Source: Polyangiales bacterium
GTDB taxonomy: Bacteria > Myxococcota_A > Polyangia > Polyangiales > Ga0077539
Length of the DNA stretch: 64,000 bases
Reading direction: 5' to 3'
Assembly (NCBI GenBank): GCA_044229975.1
Contig: JBGARZ010000002.1
Location: 352,001-416,000, forward strand
Below the pieces are notes generated by a model. The model was not told where the DNA came from, did no database searches, and saw only the letters and a list, made by a program, of their open reading frames with translations. Made by a program: the position numbers and the translations under genes. Shown piece by piece: positions 40,565-50,153 of this stretch; position 1 is the stretch's first letter; each line of letters opens with the position of its first letter.

Positions 40565-41564
40565 CCTCCGCTTCGAACTCCCGCCCGAGCTGATCGCCTC
40601 CGCGCCCCTCGCCGAGCGCGACGCGAGCCGCCTGCTCGTCCTGCGACGCGACGCTGCGACCGTCGCCGACGACGTCATCCGCTCGCTGCCCGCGCTGCTG
40701 CCCGAAGGGGCCTTGCTGGTCGTCAACGACACGCGGGTCATCCCGGCGCGGCTGCGCGGCGTGAAGGCGAGCGGCGGGCGCGTGGAGTTTCTGCTCGTAC
40801 GCGCGAAGGACGACGAAGGAAGGCGCTGGGAGGCGCTCGGACGCTCGTCGAAGCCCATGCGCGACGGCACCGTCATCGCCATCGGCGAGGGGCTCTCGGT
40901 GCGCGTCGTCGGGCGCGACGGGATGATGTTCGACGTCGAGCTGCTGGCCGACGACCCGCGCGCGGCGGTCGAGCGCCACGGCGAGATGCCGCTGCCGCCG
41001 TACATGCACCGCCCGGCCGAGGAGAGCGACCGCGAACGTTACCAGACCGTGTATGCCGACCGCCCCGGCGCGGTGGCCGCACCCACCGCGGGCCTGCACC
41101 TCACCGATGCGCTCTTCGAGGCGATGAAGCTGCGCGGCATCGAGCGCGTCGCCGTGACCCTGCACGTCGGGCCCGGAACCTTCGCTCCCGTCATGGTCGA
41201 CGACCTCGACGAGCACCCGATGCACGCCGAGTGGTACGACGTCTCCGAGGCAACCGCCGCCGTGGTTCAGGCCGCGAAGCGCGACGGTCGACCGGTGGTG
41301 GCGGTGGGCACCACCGTGGTGCGAACGCTGGAGTCCTGGGCTCTCGACGGCCCGCGCACGGGCGAGACCCGGCTGCTCATCCAGCCGGGCTATCGCTTCC
41401 GCGTCGCCGACGCGCTGCTGACCAATTTCCACCTGCCGCGCTCGACGCTGCTCGCGCTCGCCATGGCCTTCGGCGGGTCGGAGCTCGTGCGCCGCGCCTA
41501 TGAGCGGGCCGTGGCCGAGCGCTACCGCTTCTTCTCCTACGGCGACGCGATGCTGATTCTGTGA
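40551..41564 (+). CDS. queA: S-adenosylmethionine:tRNA ribosyltransferase-isomerase
   Basis: NDTRVIPARL, PLPPY, YQTVYA, AAPTAGLH, TNFHLP, FFSYGD. Confidence 0.97.
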   Translation: MRTDDLRFELPPELIASAPLAERDASRLLVLRRDAATVADDVIRSLPALLPEGALLVVNDTRVIPARLRGVKASGGRVEFLLVRAKDDEGRRWEALGRSSKPMRDGTVIAIGEGLSVRVVGRDGMMFDVELLADDPRAAVERHGEMPLPPYMHRPAEESDRERYQTVYADRPGAVAAPTAGLHLTDALFEAMKLRGIERVAVTLHVGPGTFAPVMVDDLDEHPMHAEWYDVSEATAAVVQAAKRDGRPVVAVGTTVVRTLESWALDGPRTGETRLLIQPGYRFRVADALLTNFHLPRSTLLALAMAFGGSELVRRAYERAVAERYRFFSYGDAMLIL

Positions 41565-41594
41565 GGGTCGTGCGGTAGGTTCCGCGGCCCTCCC

Positions 41595-42752
41595 ATGATG
41601 ACCACTCCAGGGTTCTCCTTTGACGTCGAGGCGCGCGACGGCCACGCGCGGGTCGCGCAGCTCAACACCCCCCACGGGCCCGTCGAGACGCCCACCTTCA
41701 TGCCCGTCGGCACCATCGGCACCGTCAAGGGCCTCACGATGGAGGAGGTCGGCGCCACCGACGCCGGCATCGTGCTCGGCAACACCTATCACCTGTGGCT
41801 GCGGCCCGGCGCCGAGGTGGTGTCGGCCCTCGGCGGCCTGCACGGCTTCTCCCGCTGGCCACGCGCGATGCTCACCGACAGCGGTGGCTTTCAGGTGTTC
41901 TCGCTCGCCAAGCTGCGGACGATGGACGACGAGGGCGTCACCTTCCGCTCGCACATCGATGGCGCGTTGAAGCGACTCACGCCCGAGGAGAGCATTCGCA
42001 TCCAGTCACTGCTCGCGAGCGACATCGCGATGGTCCTCGACGAGTGCCCGCCCGGCGACGCCGACCGCGACGCCGTGCAGCGCGCGATGACCCGTACCAC
42101 CGCCTGGGCGCGCCGCTGCCTCGACGCGCCGCGCGGACCGAAGCAGGCGCTCTTCGGCATCGTGCAGGGAGGCGTTCACGAAGACCTGCGGCTGCGGCAT
42201 CTGGAGGACATCGCGGCGATGCCCTTCGACGGCATCGCGCTCGGCGGTCTCTCGGTGGGCGAGCCCGTGGTCGACATGCACCGCGTGCTCAACGCCGTCG
42301 CGCACCAGATGCCCGACGAGCGACCGCGCTACCTCATGGGCGTCGGAACGCCCCGCGACCTCCTCGTCGGCTCGCTCGCGGGCATCGACATGTTCGACTG
42401 CGTGCTGCCGACCCGCAACGCGCGCAACGGACAGGCGCTCACCTGGAGCGGCCGCGTCAACATCAAGCAGGCGCGCCACCGTACCGACGACGGCCCGCTC
42501 GACCCGCGCTGCGACGGGCAGTGCTGCAACGGGCAGGGCGGGCGATACACGCGCGGGTATTTGCGGCACCTCTTCCTGTGCGGGGAGATTCTCGCCGCGC
42601 GGGTGATGTCGCTCCACAACGTTCATTTCCTCGGGGCGTTGATGAAGGGGATGCGCGCGGCCATCCGCGAAGGGAGAGCGGCGGCGTATGTGGATGAGAC
42701 CTTGCGCGGGATGCGCGAGGGCGACGAGGTGGGTCCGCCGGCCAACGGGTAG
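41595..42752 (+). CDS. tgt: tRNA-guanine transglycosylase
   Basis: TPTFMPVGT, NTYHL, TDSGGFQVFSL, GGLSVGE, DMFDCVLPTR. Confidence 0.97.
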   Translation: MMTTPGFSFDVEARDGHARVAQLNTPHGPVETPTFMPVGTIGTVKGLTMEEVGATDAGIVLGNTYHLWLRPGAEVVSALGGLHGFSRWPRAMLTDSGGFQVFSLAKLRTMDDEGVTFRSHIDGALKRLTPEESIRIQSLLASDIAMVLDECPPGDADRDAVQRAMTRTTAWARRCLDAPRGPKQALFGIVQGGVHEDLRLRHLEDIAAMPFDGIALGGLSVGEPVVDMHRVLNAVAHQMPDERPRYLMGVGTPRDLLVGSLAGIDMFDCVLPTRNARNGQALTWSGRVNIKQARHRTDDGPLDPRCDGQCCNGQGGRYTRGYLRHLFLCGEILAARVMSLHNVHFLGALMKGMRAAIREGRAAAYVDETLRGMREGDEVGPPANG

Positions 42753-42803
42753 CGCGTGTCGAAAAGTGGGCGACGGGGTGAGCGATGCGCCAACGTTTCT
42801 CCC

Positions 42804-43187
42804 ATGCAGACCGTCGACACGACCCGCAACGACCGCCGCTCCCGCCGCTCGGATGACCTCGCCACGGCGCTGAGGTTCCTGCTCGCGTCCCAGCGCGACC
42901 GGGCGGGGCTCACGCACCTCCTGCTCGCCACCTCCGAGGGGATGTTGCTCGCGTGGGACGGCGACCAGGCCGAGTGCGAAGAGCTCGCGGCGTACGCGCC
43001 CTTCATCGCGCGCGGCGAGGGCTACGTGCTCGACGCGCGGCGGCTCGCGGGCCTCTCGGTGCACTCCTTCAAGGTGCGCAACGACGAAGAACTCCTGCTG
43101 TTGTTGAGGGGCGAAGGCGCCGCCGACCACGTCGCCTCCGCGCTGCTCACGAGCATCGAGGGCGTCGCGCGCATCCTCGCGCGGTAG
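42804..43187 (+). CDS. hypothetical protein, possibly roadblock/LC7-like
   Basis: LLLATSEGMLLA followed by ELAA helix; small alpha/beta size. Confidence 0.65.
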   Translation: MQTVDTTRNDRRSRRSDDLATALRFLLASQRDRAGLTHLLLATSEGMLLAWDGDQAECEELAAYAPFIARGEGYVLDARRLAGLSVHSFKVRNDEELLLLLRGEGAADHVASALLTSIEGVARILAR

Positions 43188-43190
43188 CGA

Positions 43191-44195
43191 CTACGAGCCG
43201 CGGCGGATGCGGACGTGGCGGATGAACACCGGCTGATCGGGGCGGTCGGACTCGTTGCGCGGGAGCGCGGTGATCTGCTGCACCAGTGACACCGGCGTGC
43301 AGTTGCCGAAGATCGAGTAGGTGCCGTCGAGGTGGTCGCGCGCGACCTCGGTGATGAAGAACTGCGCGCTCCCCGTGTTGGGTCCGCGGTTGGCCATGCA
43401 GAGCTGGCCGCCCGCGTTGTGGGGGCGGACGTTTTCGTCCGTGATGGTGTAGCCCGTGTCGCCGCTGCCCGAGCGGAGCTGGTCGCCGCCCTGGATCATG
43501 AAGCCCGGAATCACCCGGTGGAAGATCGAGCCGTCGTAGAAGGGACGGCGCGCCCACTCGGCCGCGACCGGGTCCCAGAACGGTCGCTTGCCGCGCGCGA
43601 GCCCGACGAAGTTGGCCACCGTGATGGGGGCTTCGCGCTCAGACAGCGTGCAGGTGAAGTCGCCGCGCGACGTCTCGATGACGGCCGTGAGCGCGCCCGT
43701 CCCGGTGAGACCCTCGGTGGCCTGCGCCATGGTGAACGCACCGTGCATCGGGTCGGGCGAGGTCGGCTCGCGGGTGCGCGCCGCGACGGGCGAACCATCG
43801 AGCCCACGGTCTTCGGGGGCGGGCCCGGCAGGCGGCGTCGGAGCAGGCGTCGGGGCGGCCGGTGCGCTCGGCGGCTCGGCGGTCGCAGCGTCGGCGGAGG
43901 GAGCCCCCGCGTCGGCGGTGGTGGTCGGGAGCGGGGGCGGAGCGGGGTTCTTCTCGCGGTAGAAGTACCAGCCGGCGACGGTCACGCCCGCGGCGAGGAC
44001 GATCGGGATGACGACGTCGCCCGAGCGCCACCACGGGGTCTTGTCGGAGGGCGGCTGCCCGGAAGGGTCCTTCGCGGGGATCGAGCTGCGCGGCGGGCGC
44101 GGCTCACCCGACGACGAAGCGCGCGGAGGAGTGGGACCGCGAGAGGGGCGATCACGAAAGCGGGCGTCACGAACCTTGGGGGGAGACTTGGACAT
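43191..44195 (-). CDS. membrane-anchored cyclophilin-type peptidyl-prolyl isomerase
   Basis: FYDGSIFHRVIPGFMIQGGD, MANRGPNT, QFFIT; TM near the N-terminus. Confidence 0.94.
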   Translation of the reverse strand: MSKSPPKVRDARFRDRPSRGPTPPRASSSGEPRPPRSSIPAKDPSGQPPSDKTPWWRSGDVVIPIVLAAGVTVAGWYFYREKNPAPPPLPTTTADAGAPSADAATAEPPSAPAAPTPAPTPPAGPAPEDRGLDGSPVAARTREPTSPDPMHGAFTMAQATEGLTGTGALTAVIETSRGDFTCTLSEREAPITVANFVGLARGKRPFWDPVAAEWARRPFYDGSIFHRVIPGFMIQGGDQLRSGSGDTGYTITDENVRPHNAGGQLCMANRGPNTGSAQFFITEVARDHLDGTYSIFGNCTPVSLVQQITALPRNESDRPDQPVFIRHVRIRRGS

Positions 44196-44248
44196 GGGAC
44201 CTCGGGGTGAGCCTCGCGGCGCGACGTTGGTATCGCAGGACCCGTCGC

Positions 44249-44420
44249 GGGACCAGTACCTCCGGGCTGAAGTCCCCGCGCGTTTCCGAAGCAGACGCGA
44301 GCACCGCAAGGCGCGAAGAGCGCCGCGTGGCAGTGACACGCAAGCGATGAGCAACGCCGCGGGGCGACGTGGATGCGCACGGAAACACGCGGTGACTTCA
44401 GCCCGGAGGTACTGAGTCCC
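44249..44420. repeat. long inverted repeat, REPIN/MITE-like element
   Basis: 35-bp arms at 44254-44288 and 44380-44414 with 2 mismatches, extendable by GGGAC/GTCCC with one indel; 91-bp spacer. Confidence 0.8.
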
Positions 44421-45243
44421 TCAGCCACGCGCTCACCTGCGGGAGCGCGTCGGCGAGGCGCGGCGAGTACCAGCACAATGCCTTGCCGTCGACGCGCCGC
44501 ACCCGCCCGGCCGTCGCGGCGGGGATGGCGAGCGAGCGAAAGACCGCGGCGTCGTCGTCGGTGAAGGGGTGCGGCTCGTCGGGTAGGAGCACCACGTCGG
44601 GCTGCCGCTCGGTGACCTCGTCGAGCGTCACGCGGGGGTAGCGGGTGTCGCGCAGGCCCACGCGGTCGTTGCTCCATGGGGTCGCGCCCGCGATGTCGGC
44701 CGCGAGCGGATAGCGGCGTGCGCGGTCGGCGAAGACGTTGGCGCCGCCGCAGAGGTCGAGCACGTCGGAGATGAAGGTGTCGCCGTGGATGGTCATCAAC
44801 GGATCCATCCAGATGGGGCAGAAGACGCGACGGGGAGCGGTGTGTTGGCGGGCGCGTTCGAGGTCGGCGACCACGTCGGCGAGGCGCACCAGCGCCGGGT
44901 GATCGGCGCGCACGTCGAGCATCGCGGCGAGTTCGCTCATCAGCGCCATGGCGTCGCGGACCGACTTTGGAAACGAGAGGTGCACGCGCAGACCACGAGC
45001 GACGAGGTCGCGGTGCATGGCCTCGGTGTTCTCCTCCTGGTTCATCAGCACGAGGTCGGGGGCGAGCGCGGCGATGGCGTCGACGTGGGCGTTCTTGGTG
45101 CCGCCGACCGAGGGGATGCTCACGACCTCGTCGACCGGCTCGACGCAGTAGTCCGTGCGACCCACCACACGGTCGCCCACCCCCAGCAGGAACAGGCTCT
45201 CGGTGACGCTCGGGACCAGCGACACCACGCGGCGGGCACTCAT
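44398..45243 (-). CDS. helical-backbone metal receptor (BtuF-like substrate-binding protein)
   Basis: VVSLVPSVTE, VGRTDYC, VGGTKN, EEN, PDEP, DGKALCWY. Confidence 0.88.
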   Translation of the reverse strand: MSARRVVSLVPSVTESLFLLGVGDRVVGRTDYCVEPVDEVVSIPSVGGTKNAHVDAIAALAPDLVLMNQEENTEAMHRDLVARGLRVHLSFPKSVRDAMALMSELAAMLDVRADHPALVRLADVVADLERARQHTAPRRVFCPIWMDPLMTIHGDTFISDVLDLCGGANVFADRARRYPLAADIAGATPWSNDRVGLRDTRYPRVTLDEVTERQPDVVLLPDEPHPFTDDDAAVFRSLAIPAATAGRVRRVDGKALCWYSPRLADALPQVSAWLRDSVPPG

Positions 45244-46748
45244 GCGAAGGCGAGCGTTCCGTCGAGCCAGGCGTCGTGGGCGGGGCTCTGCGTGGCCTCG
45301 CCGAAGCGAACCCCGTGGCGGGCGAAGTCGCGCCGCAGCCGCGCCATGGAGCCGCGCACCTGCCGCAGCGTGCACTCGTACGCGCGCTCTTCGATCTCCT
45401 CCTGGTAGAGGAACTTCATCGGCGACCCCGACAGGATCTTCATCTCCTCCCCCTCCGGCCGGAAGAGATGGAACGCCACGCTCGGGTACATCTCCGACAG
45501 CGCCGAGTGCGCCTTGTCGAAGCGTCCGTTGATGAGCGCCTTCAGGCCCTGCATCGTCCCGAAGAGTCCGCCGCGGGCGTTTACGTAGCCCGCCTCCTGC
45601 GAGTAGATGGGCACCAGCGGGTCGACGAGCAGGCACAGCGACGCGCCGTGCTTCACCGCCACCCGCATGTTGGTCGTCCGCGTGAAGGCGCCGTCGACGT
45701 ACCAGCGGCCACCGATCTGCGTCGGCGCGTAGAAGGGCGCGAGCGCACACGAGGCGCGCACGGCCTTGTGGATGGGAACGTCGGTCCACCCCGGCTCACC
45801 AAAGACCACGGCCTCGCTCTTGTCCTGGTCGGTGGCGCCGATGAAGACCGGGCGGCGCGTCTCCTCGAAGTGGTCGCTCAGACCCGGTGCGGAGAGAGCC
45901 CGCGCGAAGTACTGCTCCAGACGATCGCCCGCGAAGACTCCCGTGGGGATCGCGCGGTAGAGCGCCGACAGCGGGCTGCGTGCGCCGCCGCCGCCGAGGA
46001 GCGAGCGGGCCAGGCCGAAGGCGCGTCGACCGAGCTCCTTCACGTTGGGGTCGAAGAGATCGCTGCGGCCGATGCGGGGGATGCGCGCGTTGCCCTTGCG
46101 CAGTCCCTCCATGATCTCGTCGGGCGTCACGCCGTTGGCGAGCAGCGCGGCGAGGAAGCTCCCGGCGCTGATGCCGAAGAAGAGATCGAAGTCGCACAGG
46201 CGCCGGTCGAGCACGAAGCGGTCGAGCGCACGCAGGGCGCCCACCTCGTAGAGCAGCCCCTCGATGCCGCCGCCTGCGAGGCACATGGCGATCTTGCCCC
46301 TCCCCTGCCCCGCGACGAGCGCCTCGACGGCCTCGAAGACCTCCGCCGTCGCCGGGTCGAAGAGGGGCTCGCGCAGCCGACGACAGCCCGCGCGCCACGC
46401 GACCTCGGCCGACGCCGCCCGCCGGTCGAGGAGCACCAGCGTGTGGTCGCGCGACGCGAGGCCGTGAGAGTCCTCGTCGGGGAAGAGCCGCGCGAGCATC
46501 TCGGTGGCCTCGGCGGGAGGGAGGCCGGTGTCCTCGCGCGCGTCGAGCAGCACCGCGTCCACCGGGCGCGCGGCGAGCCAGCGCAGGGCGCGGGCCGGGT
46601 CGCGCTCGACGATGACCCGGAAGGTTCGCACCTCGCCGTCGGCGTCGACGCGGCGCTGGAGCTGGATCTCACCGTCGCCGAGGCGCCGCGCCTCACCGCT
46701 TTCGAGGAGGGGGGAGGCGTCGATGGCCAGGAGGAGGAGGGTTCGCAT
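45240..46748 (-). CDS. patatin-like phospholipase with N-terminal extension
   Basis: GGGIEG oxyanion loop, GISAG nucleophile, DGA motif. Confidence 0.9.
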   Translation of the reverse strand: MRTLLLLAIDASPLLESGEARRLGDGEIQLQRRVDADGEVRTFRVIVERDPARALRWLAARPVDAVLLDAREDTGLPPAEATEMLARLFPDEDSHGLASRDHTLVLLDRRAASAEVAWRAGCRRLREPLFDPATAEVFEAVEALVAGQGRGKIAMCLAGGGIEGLLYEVGALRALDRFVLDRRLCDFDLFFGISAGSFLAALLANGVTPDEIMEGLRKGNARIPRIGRSDLFDPNVKELGRRAFGLARSLLGGGGARSPLSALYRAIPTGVFAGDRLEQYFARALSAPGLSDHFEETRRPVFIGATDQDKSEAVVFGEPGWTDVPIHKAVRASCALAPFYAPTQIGGRWYVDGAFTRTTNMRVAVKHGASLCLLVDPLVPIYSQEAGYVNARGGLFGTMQGLKALINGRFDKAHSALSEMYPSVAFHLFRPEGEEMKILSGSPMKFLYQEEIEERAYECTLRQVRGSMARLRRDFARHGVRFGEATQSPAHDAWLDGTLAFA

Positions 46749-46908
46749 CGATGCTCGGTGACTCCATGGAGGCGGCCGGCGCTCCGTGCAGAAGCGCCAC
46801 AGGCTCGCGGTGGGAGGCGGAGCCTAGCGTCGGCGCGGCGAGCGCTGCAAGCGAGACGGTGACGCATGGGGTACCCACGAGGCGCGGGCGTGTTGTACAG
46901 TCGCCCTC

Positions 46909-47364
46909 GTGGACAAGGAGCAGCGGTCGCACGCCACGATCGACGTGAAGGAACTCAAGCGGGCCCTCATCGCAACAGGGCTCGAGGTCTTTCGCGTGCG
47001 GGGCGATGAGGTGCACCTCGCGGAGCGACATCAGCTCCAGCTGATGGAGGCGCGGGTGCAGGTCGCGGGTGGGGGCGCGCCGGCGGTGACGGTGACCCTC
47101 CACGCGCAGCGCAGCGACGCCCCGAAGATGGAGCCGGCCAACCTCCTCGAAGTGGTTCGCGAGCACGCCGAGCCTCTCAAGGCCGACGGCTACGAGGAGG
47201 TCGACGCGAAGCCGAGGGAGATCTGCTCGGTGAACGACGGTACCGTGCTCGACGTCTGGTACGAGGTGACCTTGCGCCGCCAGGTCGCGAGCCTCGACGA
47301 GGCCGTGAGCGAGGCTCAGCGGGCCTTCGCCATCGACCGCTACGTCATCCCCACCCTGGACTGA
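46909..47364 (+). CDS. hypothetical protein
   Basis: 151-aa ORF with natural composition and GC3-rich codons filling the gap between genes. Confidence 0.75.
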   Translation: MDKEQRSHATIDVKELKRALIATGLEVFRVRGDEVHLAERHQLQLMEARVQVAGGGAPAVTVTLHAQRSDAPKMEPANLLEVVREHAEPLKADGYEEVDAKPREICSVNDGTVLDVWYEVTLRRQVASLDEAVSEAQRAFAIDRYVIPTLD

Positions 47365-47370
47365 CGACGC

Positions 47371-47853
47371 TCAGCGGGCCTTGCGGCGCGCGAGGCGATC
47401 GTTGCGACGGGCGGTGGCCTCCTCGATGCGACGGCGGTCGTCGTCGCTCTCGGGGAGCAGCGGGGGGACAGGCCGCGCGTGGCCCTTGTCGTCGATGGCG
47501 ACGAAGGTGAAGCGCGCCTCGACGCAGCGCCAGCGCGCGCCCGTGGTGGGGTTTTCGCCGTGCACCGTGACCTCGACCTCCATCGACGAGCGGAAGGTCG
47601 CGTTGACCCTCCCCTCCAGGGTGACCATGTCGCCGATGAGGATGGGCTGCTCGAACTGGAGGTCGTCGAGCGCGGCCGTCACGGTGGTCCCGGCAGAGTG
47701 GCGCATGGAGCAGATGCCTCCGCACATGTCCGACCAGGCCATGACCTGACCGCCGAAGGCCTTGCCCAGGGCGTTGGCGTGCTCGGGAAACACCAGGAAG
47801 GTCATCACGGTGCGGGAGGCCGACGCGGGCTTCGGGGCGATGGAGTCGCTCAT
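47371..47853 (-). CDS. acyl-CoA thioesterase (hotdog fold)
   Basis: PEHANALGKAFGG, VTAALD, SSMEV, FTFVAID. Confidence 0.92.
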   Translation of the reverse strand: MSDSIAPKPASASRTVMTFLVFPEHANALGKAFGGQVMAWSDMCGGICSMRHSAGTTVTAALDDLQFEQPILIGDMVTLEGRVNATFRSSMEVEVTVHGENPTTGARWRCVEARFTFVAIDDKGHARPVPPLLPESDDDRRRIEEATARRNDRLARRKAR

Positions 47854-47940
47854 GGCGCGGTGATCTCCCACGGACGTCGCTCGCGATGCAACGGGTGGGT
47901 TGACCCCGGGGCGCGAGGCGAGGCATCGACGAGTTCACCT

Positions 47941-49518
47941 ATGGAGCTGTCCAACGACCCGCCGACGCACCACCCCAGCAGCCGACCGCCCGGGTCGCGG
48001 CAGGACGAGGTCGTGGTGACGGACCTGTGCACGGGCGAGCGTCTCGCCGAGGTGGCGACGCACAGCCCCGACGAGGCGCGCGCGGCGTTGCGGGCGGCGA
48101 GCGATGCCCAGCGGGCGTGGTCGGCGGAGGGCGTCGGCACGCGCGCGACGGTGGTGCGACGGGTGACCGAGGCGGTCGTCGAGCACGCTGATGCGCTGGC
48201 CGAGGTGCTCCAGCGCGCGCAGGGGATGTGCCGCTTCGACGCCATCGTGCGCGAGCTGCTGCCCTGCGTGGACGCGGGGCAGTGGTACGCCGCCGAGGCC
48301 CGCGGAATGCTCGCCGACGTCGCCGTGGAGCCGCACCTCCGCGGTCACCGGCGCGGCGAGGTGCGCTACGTCCCGCGCGGCGTCGTCGCGATCTTCTCTC
48401 CCTGGAACGCCCCGCTCGCCGAGCCCCTCACGCTGGTGTTCGAGGCGCTGCTCGCGGGCAACGCGGTCGTGTGGAAGCCCTCGCCGCTGGCGCTTCTCCC
48501 GGCGTTGCGCGTGCGCGAGCTCGCCGTGCGCGACGGCCTTGCACCAGAACTCCTGACGGTGCTCGTGGGCGAGCGGGACGTGGGGGACGTTCTGCTCGAC
48601 GCGGGCGTCGACCTCGCGGTGACCATCGGATCGAAGGAGGCGTCGCGGCGCGTGTCGGCCCGCTGCGCGAAGGCCGCGGTACCTTCACTCTCGTCGGTGG
48701 CGGGCAAGACCACCCTCATCGCGTGCGACGACTGCGACGTCGAGCGCGCGGCGCGAGCCATCGTGGCGGGGCGCTTCGTTCACGCGGGGCAGCGGCGCGA
48801 CGCGGTGGAGCGGGTGATCGTGCACGCGAGCGTCGCGGGTGCCCTCACGGCGCGGGTGACGGAGCTCGTGGCGTCGCTGCGCGTCGGCGACCCGTGGCGA
48901 CAGGCGGTGGACCTTGGTCCGTCGCGCCATCACACGCGGGCGACCTTCCTGCGGGTTGTGACGGAGGAGGCCGTGCGACTCGGCGCGACGCTGGCGCTCG
49001 GAGGCGAAGTGCGCCACGGCGGCGGCGAGGGGTCGTGGTTTCAGCCGACGGTGCTCACGGGCGTCAACGAAGGCGCGCGGGTCGCCCGCGAGGTGCTGCA
49101 CGGCCCTGTGCTGCCGGTGCTCATCGCGAGCTCCAACGCGCACGCCCTCAACCTCGCGGACGACGGGCTGGGCGGGCCGTTTGCGTACGTGTTCACCGAG
49201 TCGGCCGATCGCGCGGCGGCGATGGCCGACGGGCTGCGCGCCTCGGTGGTGCTGCACGACGATGTCTTCGCGGCGGAGGTCGCCGTCGACGCCCCGATGG
49301 ACGCCGCGGGCCCCGGCGCCGCGGGGACGCTGCACGGCGCCGACGGGCTCACCCGCATGTGCCGCGCGCAGCACCGCAGCATTCCGAGCATCGCGCTCCC
49401 TGCGCGCGACCCGACGTGGCCGCCGTACTCGCCGCTGCGCGAGAAGGTGGCGATCCGCGCGCTGCGGACGGTGTTTGGTCGACACGGCGTGGTGGGGCGG
49501 CTGGCCGACCTCTTCTGA
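47941..49518 (+). CDS. aldehyde dehydrogenase-fold protein lacking catalytic Cys and Glu
   Basis: PRGVVAIFSPWN, AGNAVVWKPS, FQPTVL, EVLHGPVL; ELGG is replaced by SVAG and GQxC by GQRR. Confidence 0.85.
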   Translation: MELSNDPPTHHPSSRPPGSRQDEVVVTDLCTGERLAEVATHSPDEARAALRAASDAQRAWSAEGVGTRATVVRRVTEAVVEHADALAEVLQRAQGMCRFDAIVRELLPCVDAGQWYAAEARGMLADVAVEPHLRGHRRGEVRYVPRGVVAIFSPWNAPLAEPLTLVFEALLAGNAVVWKPSPLALLPALRVRELAVRDGLAPELLTVLVGERDVGDVLLDAGVDLAVTIGSKEASRRVSARCAKAAVPSLSSVAGKTTLIACDDCDVERAARAIVAGRFVHAGQRRDAVERVIVHASVAGALTARVTELVASLRVGDPWRQAVDLGPSRHHTRATFLRVVTEEAVRLGATLALGGEVRHGGGEGSWFQPTVLTGVNEGARVAREVLHGPVLPVLIASSNAHALNLADDGLGGPFAYVFTESADRAAAMADGLRASVVLHDDVFAAEVAVDAPMDAAGPGAAGTLHGADGLTRMCRAQHRSIPSIALPARDPTWPPYSPLREKVAIRALRTVFGRHGVVGRLADLF

Positions 49519-49562
49519 CGGTCGCTTGACCGTCCCCCTCCCCCTGGGCTTCGCTCCCTCCG

Positions 49563-50150
49563 ATGCCATCAGGACCCTTTCCTCCGCCGCGCCAGCAGCT
49601 CTGGGCCCCGCAGACCTCGCCGCCGCTCCCGCCTCGCACCAACACCGGGCGCTTTCTCTTCATCGGCTGCCTCGGGCTCGTGATGCTCACCGTCTTCGGA
49701 ACCGTCGCCGCCGTGTACGTCCTCGGCTCGAAGCTCGCCGGCAGCACCCTCGGTCAGGTCGCGGTCACCGCGGGTGTGCCGACCGCGCTGACCTTTACGG
49801 ACCCCGGTAAGAACTCGTCCGCCGTGTGGCTGGAGCTCGACGCGACCCACACCCAGGGAGTGCGCGTCATGGGCACCTTCGCGGTGACGGCAAACGGTCG
49901 CGTGCTCGTTCAGTACAGCCTCAACGGCGACCTCTCCGGCCGCTGCGCCAACCCCGTGCTGGGGCAGAACTCGTCTGCCTGCGTGAACTGGGTCTACGTG
50001 CAGACGGGCGCGGGCGGTACCGTGTCCGGTCGCACGCGGCTCTTCTCGATCCCGCAGCAACCGATCGGCACCTCTGTCTCCGTCACCGGCACGCTCTACG
50101 TCGCTCCCGGCGTCACGACGCGACAGCTCACGCTCACCGCCCGCGACTGA
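49563..50150 (+). CDS. membrane-anchored hypothetical protein
   Basis: Pro-rich N-terminus, GC-initiated TM helix, beta-rich domain with 2 Cys. Confidence 0.72.
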   Translation: MPSGPFPPPRQQLWAPQTSPPLPPRTNTGRFLFIGCLGLVMLTVFGTVAAVYVLGSKLAGSTLGQVAVTAGVPTALTFTDPGKNSSAVWLELDATHTQGVRVMGTFAVTANGRVLVQYSLNGDLSGRCANPVLGQNSSACVNWVYVQTGAGGTVSGRTRLFSIPQQPIGTSVSVTGTLYVAPGVTTRQLTLTARD

Positions 50151-50153
50151 TCG

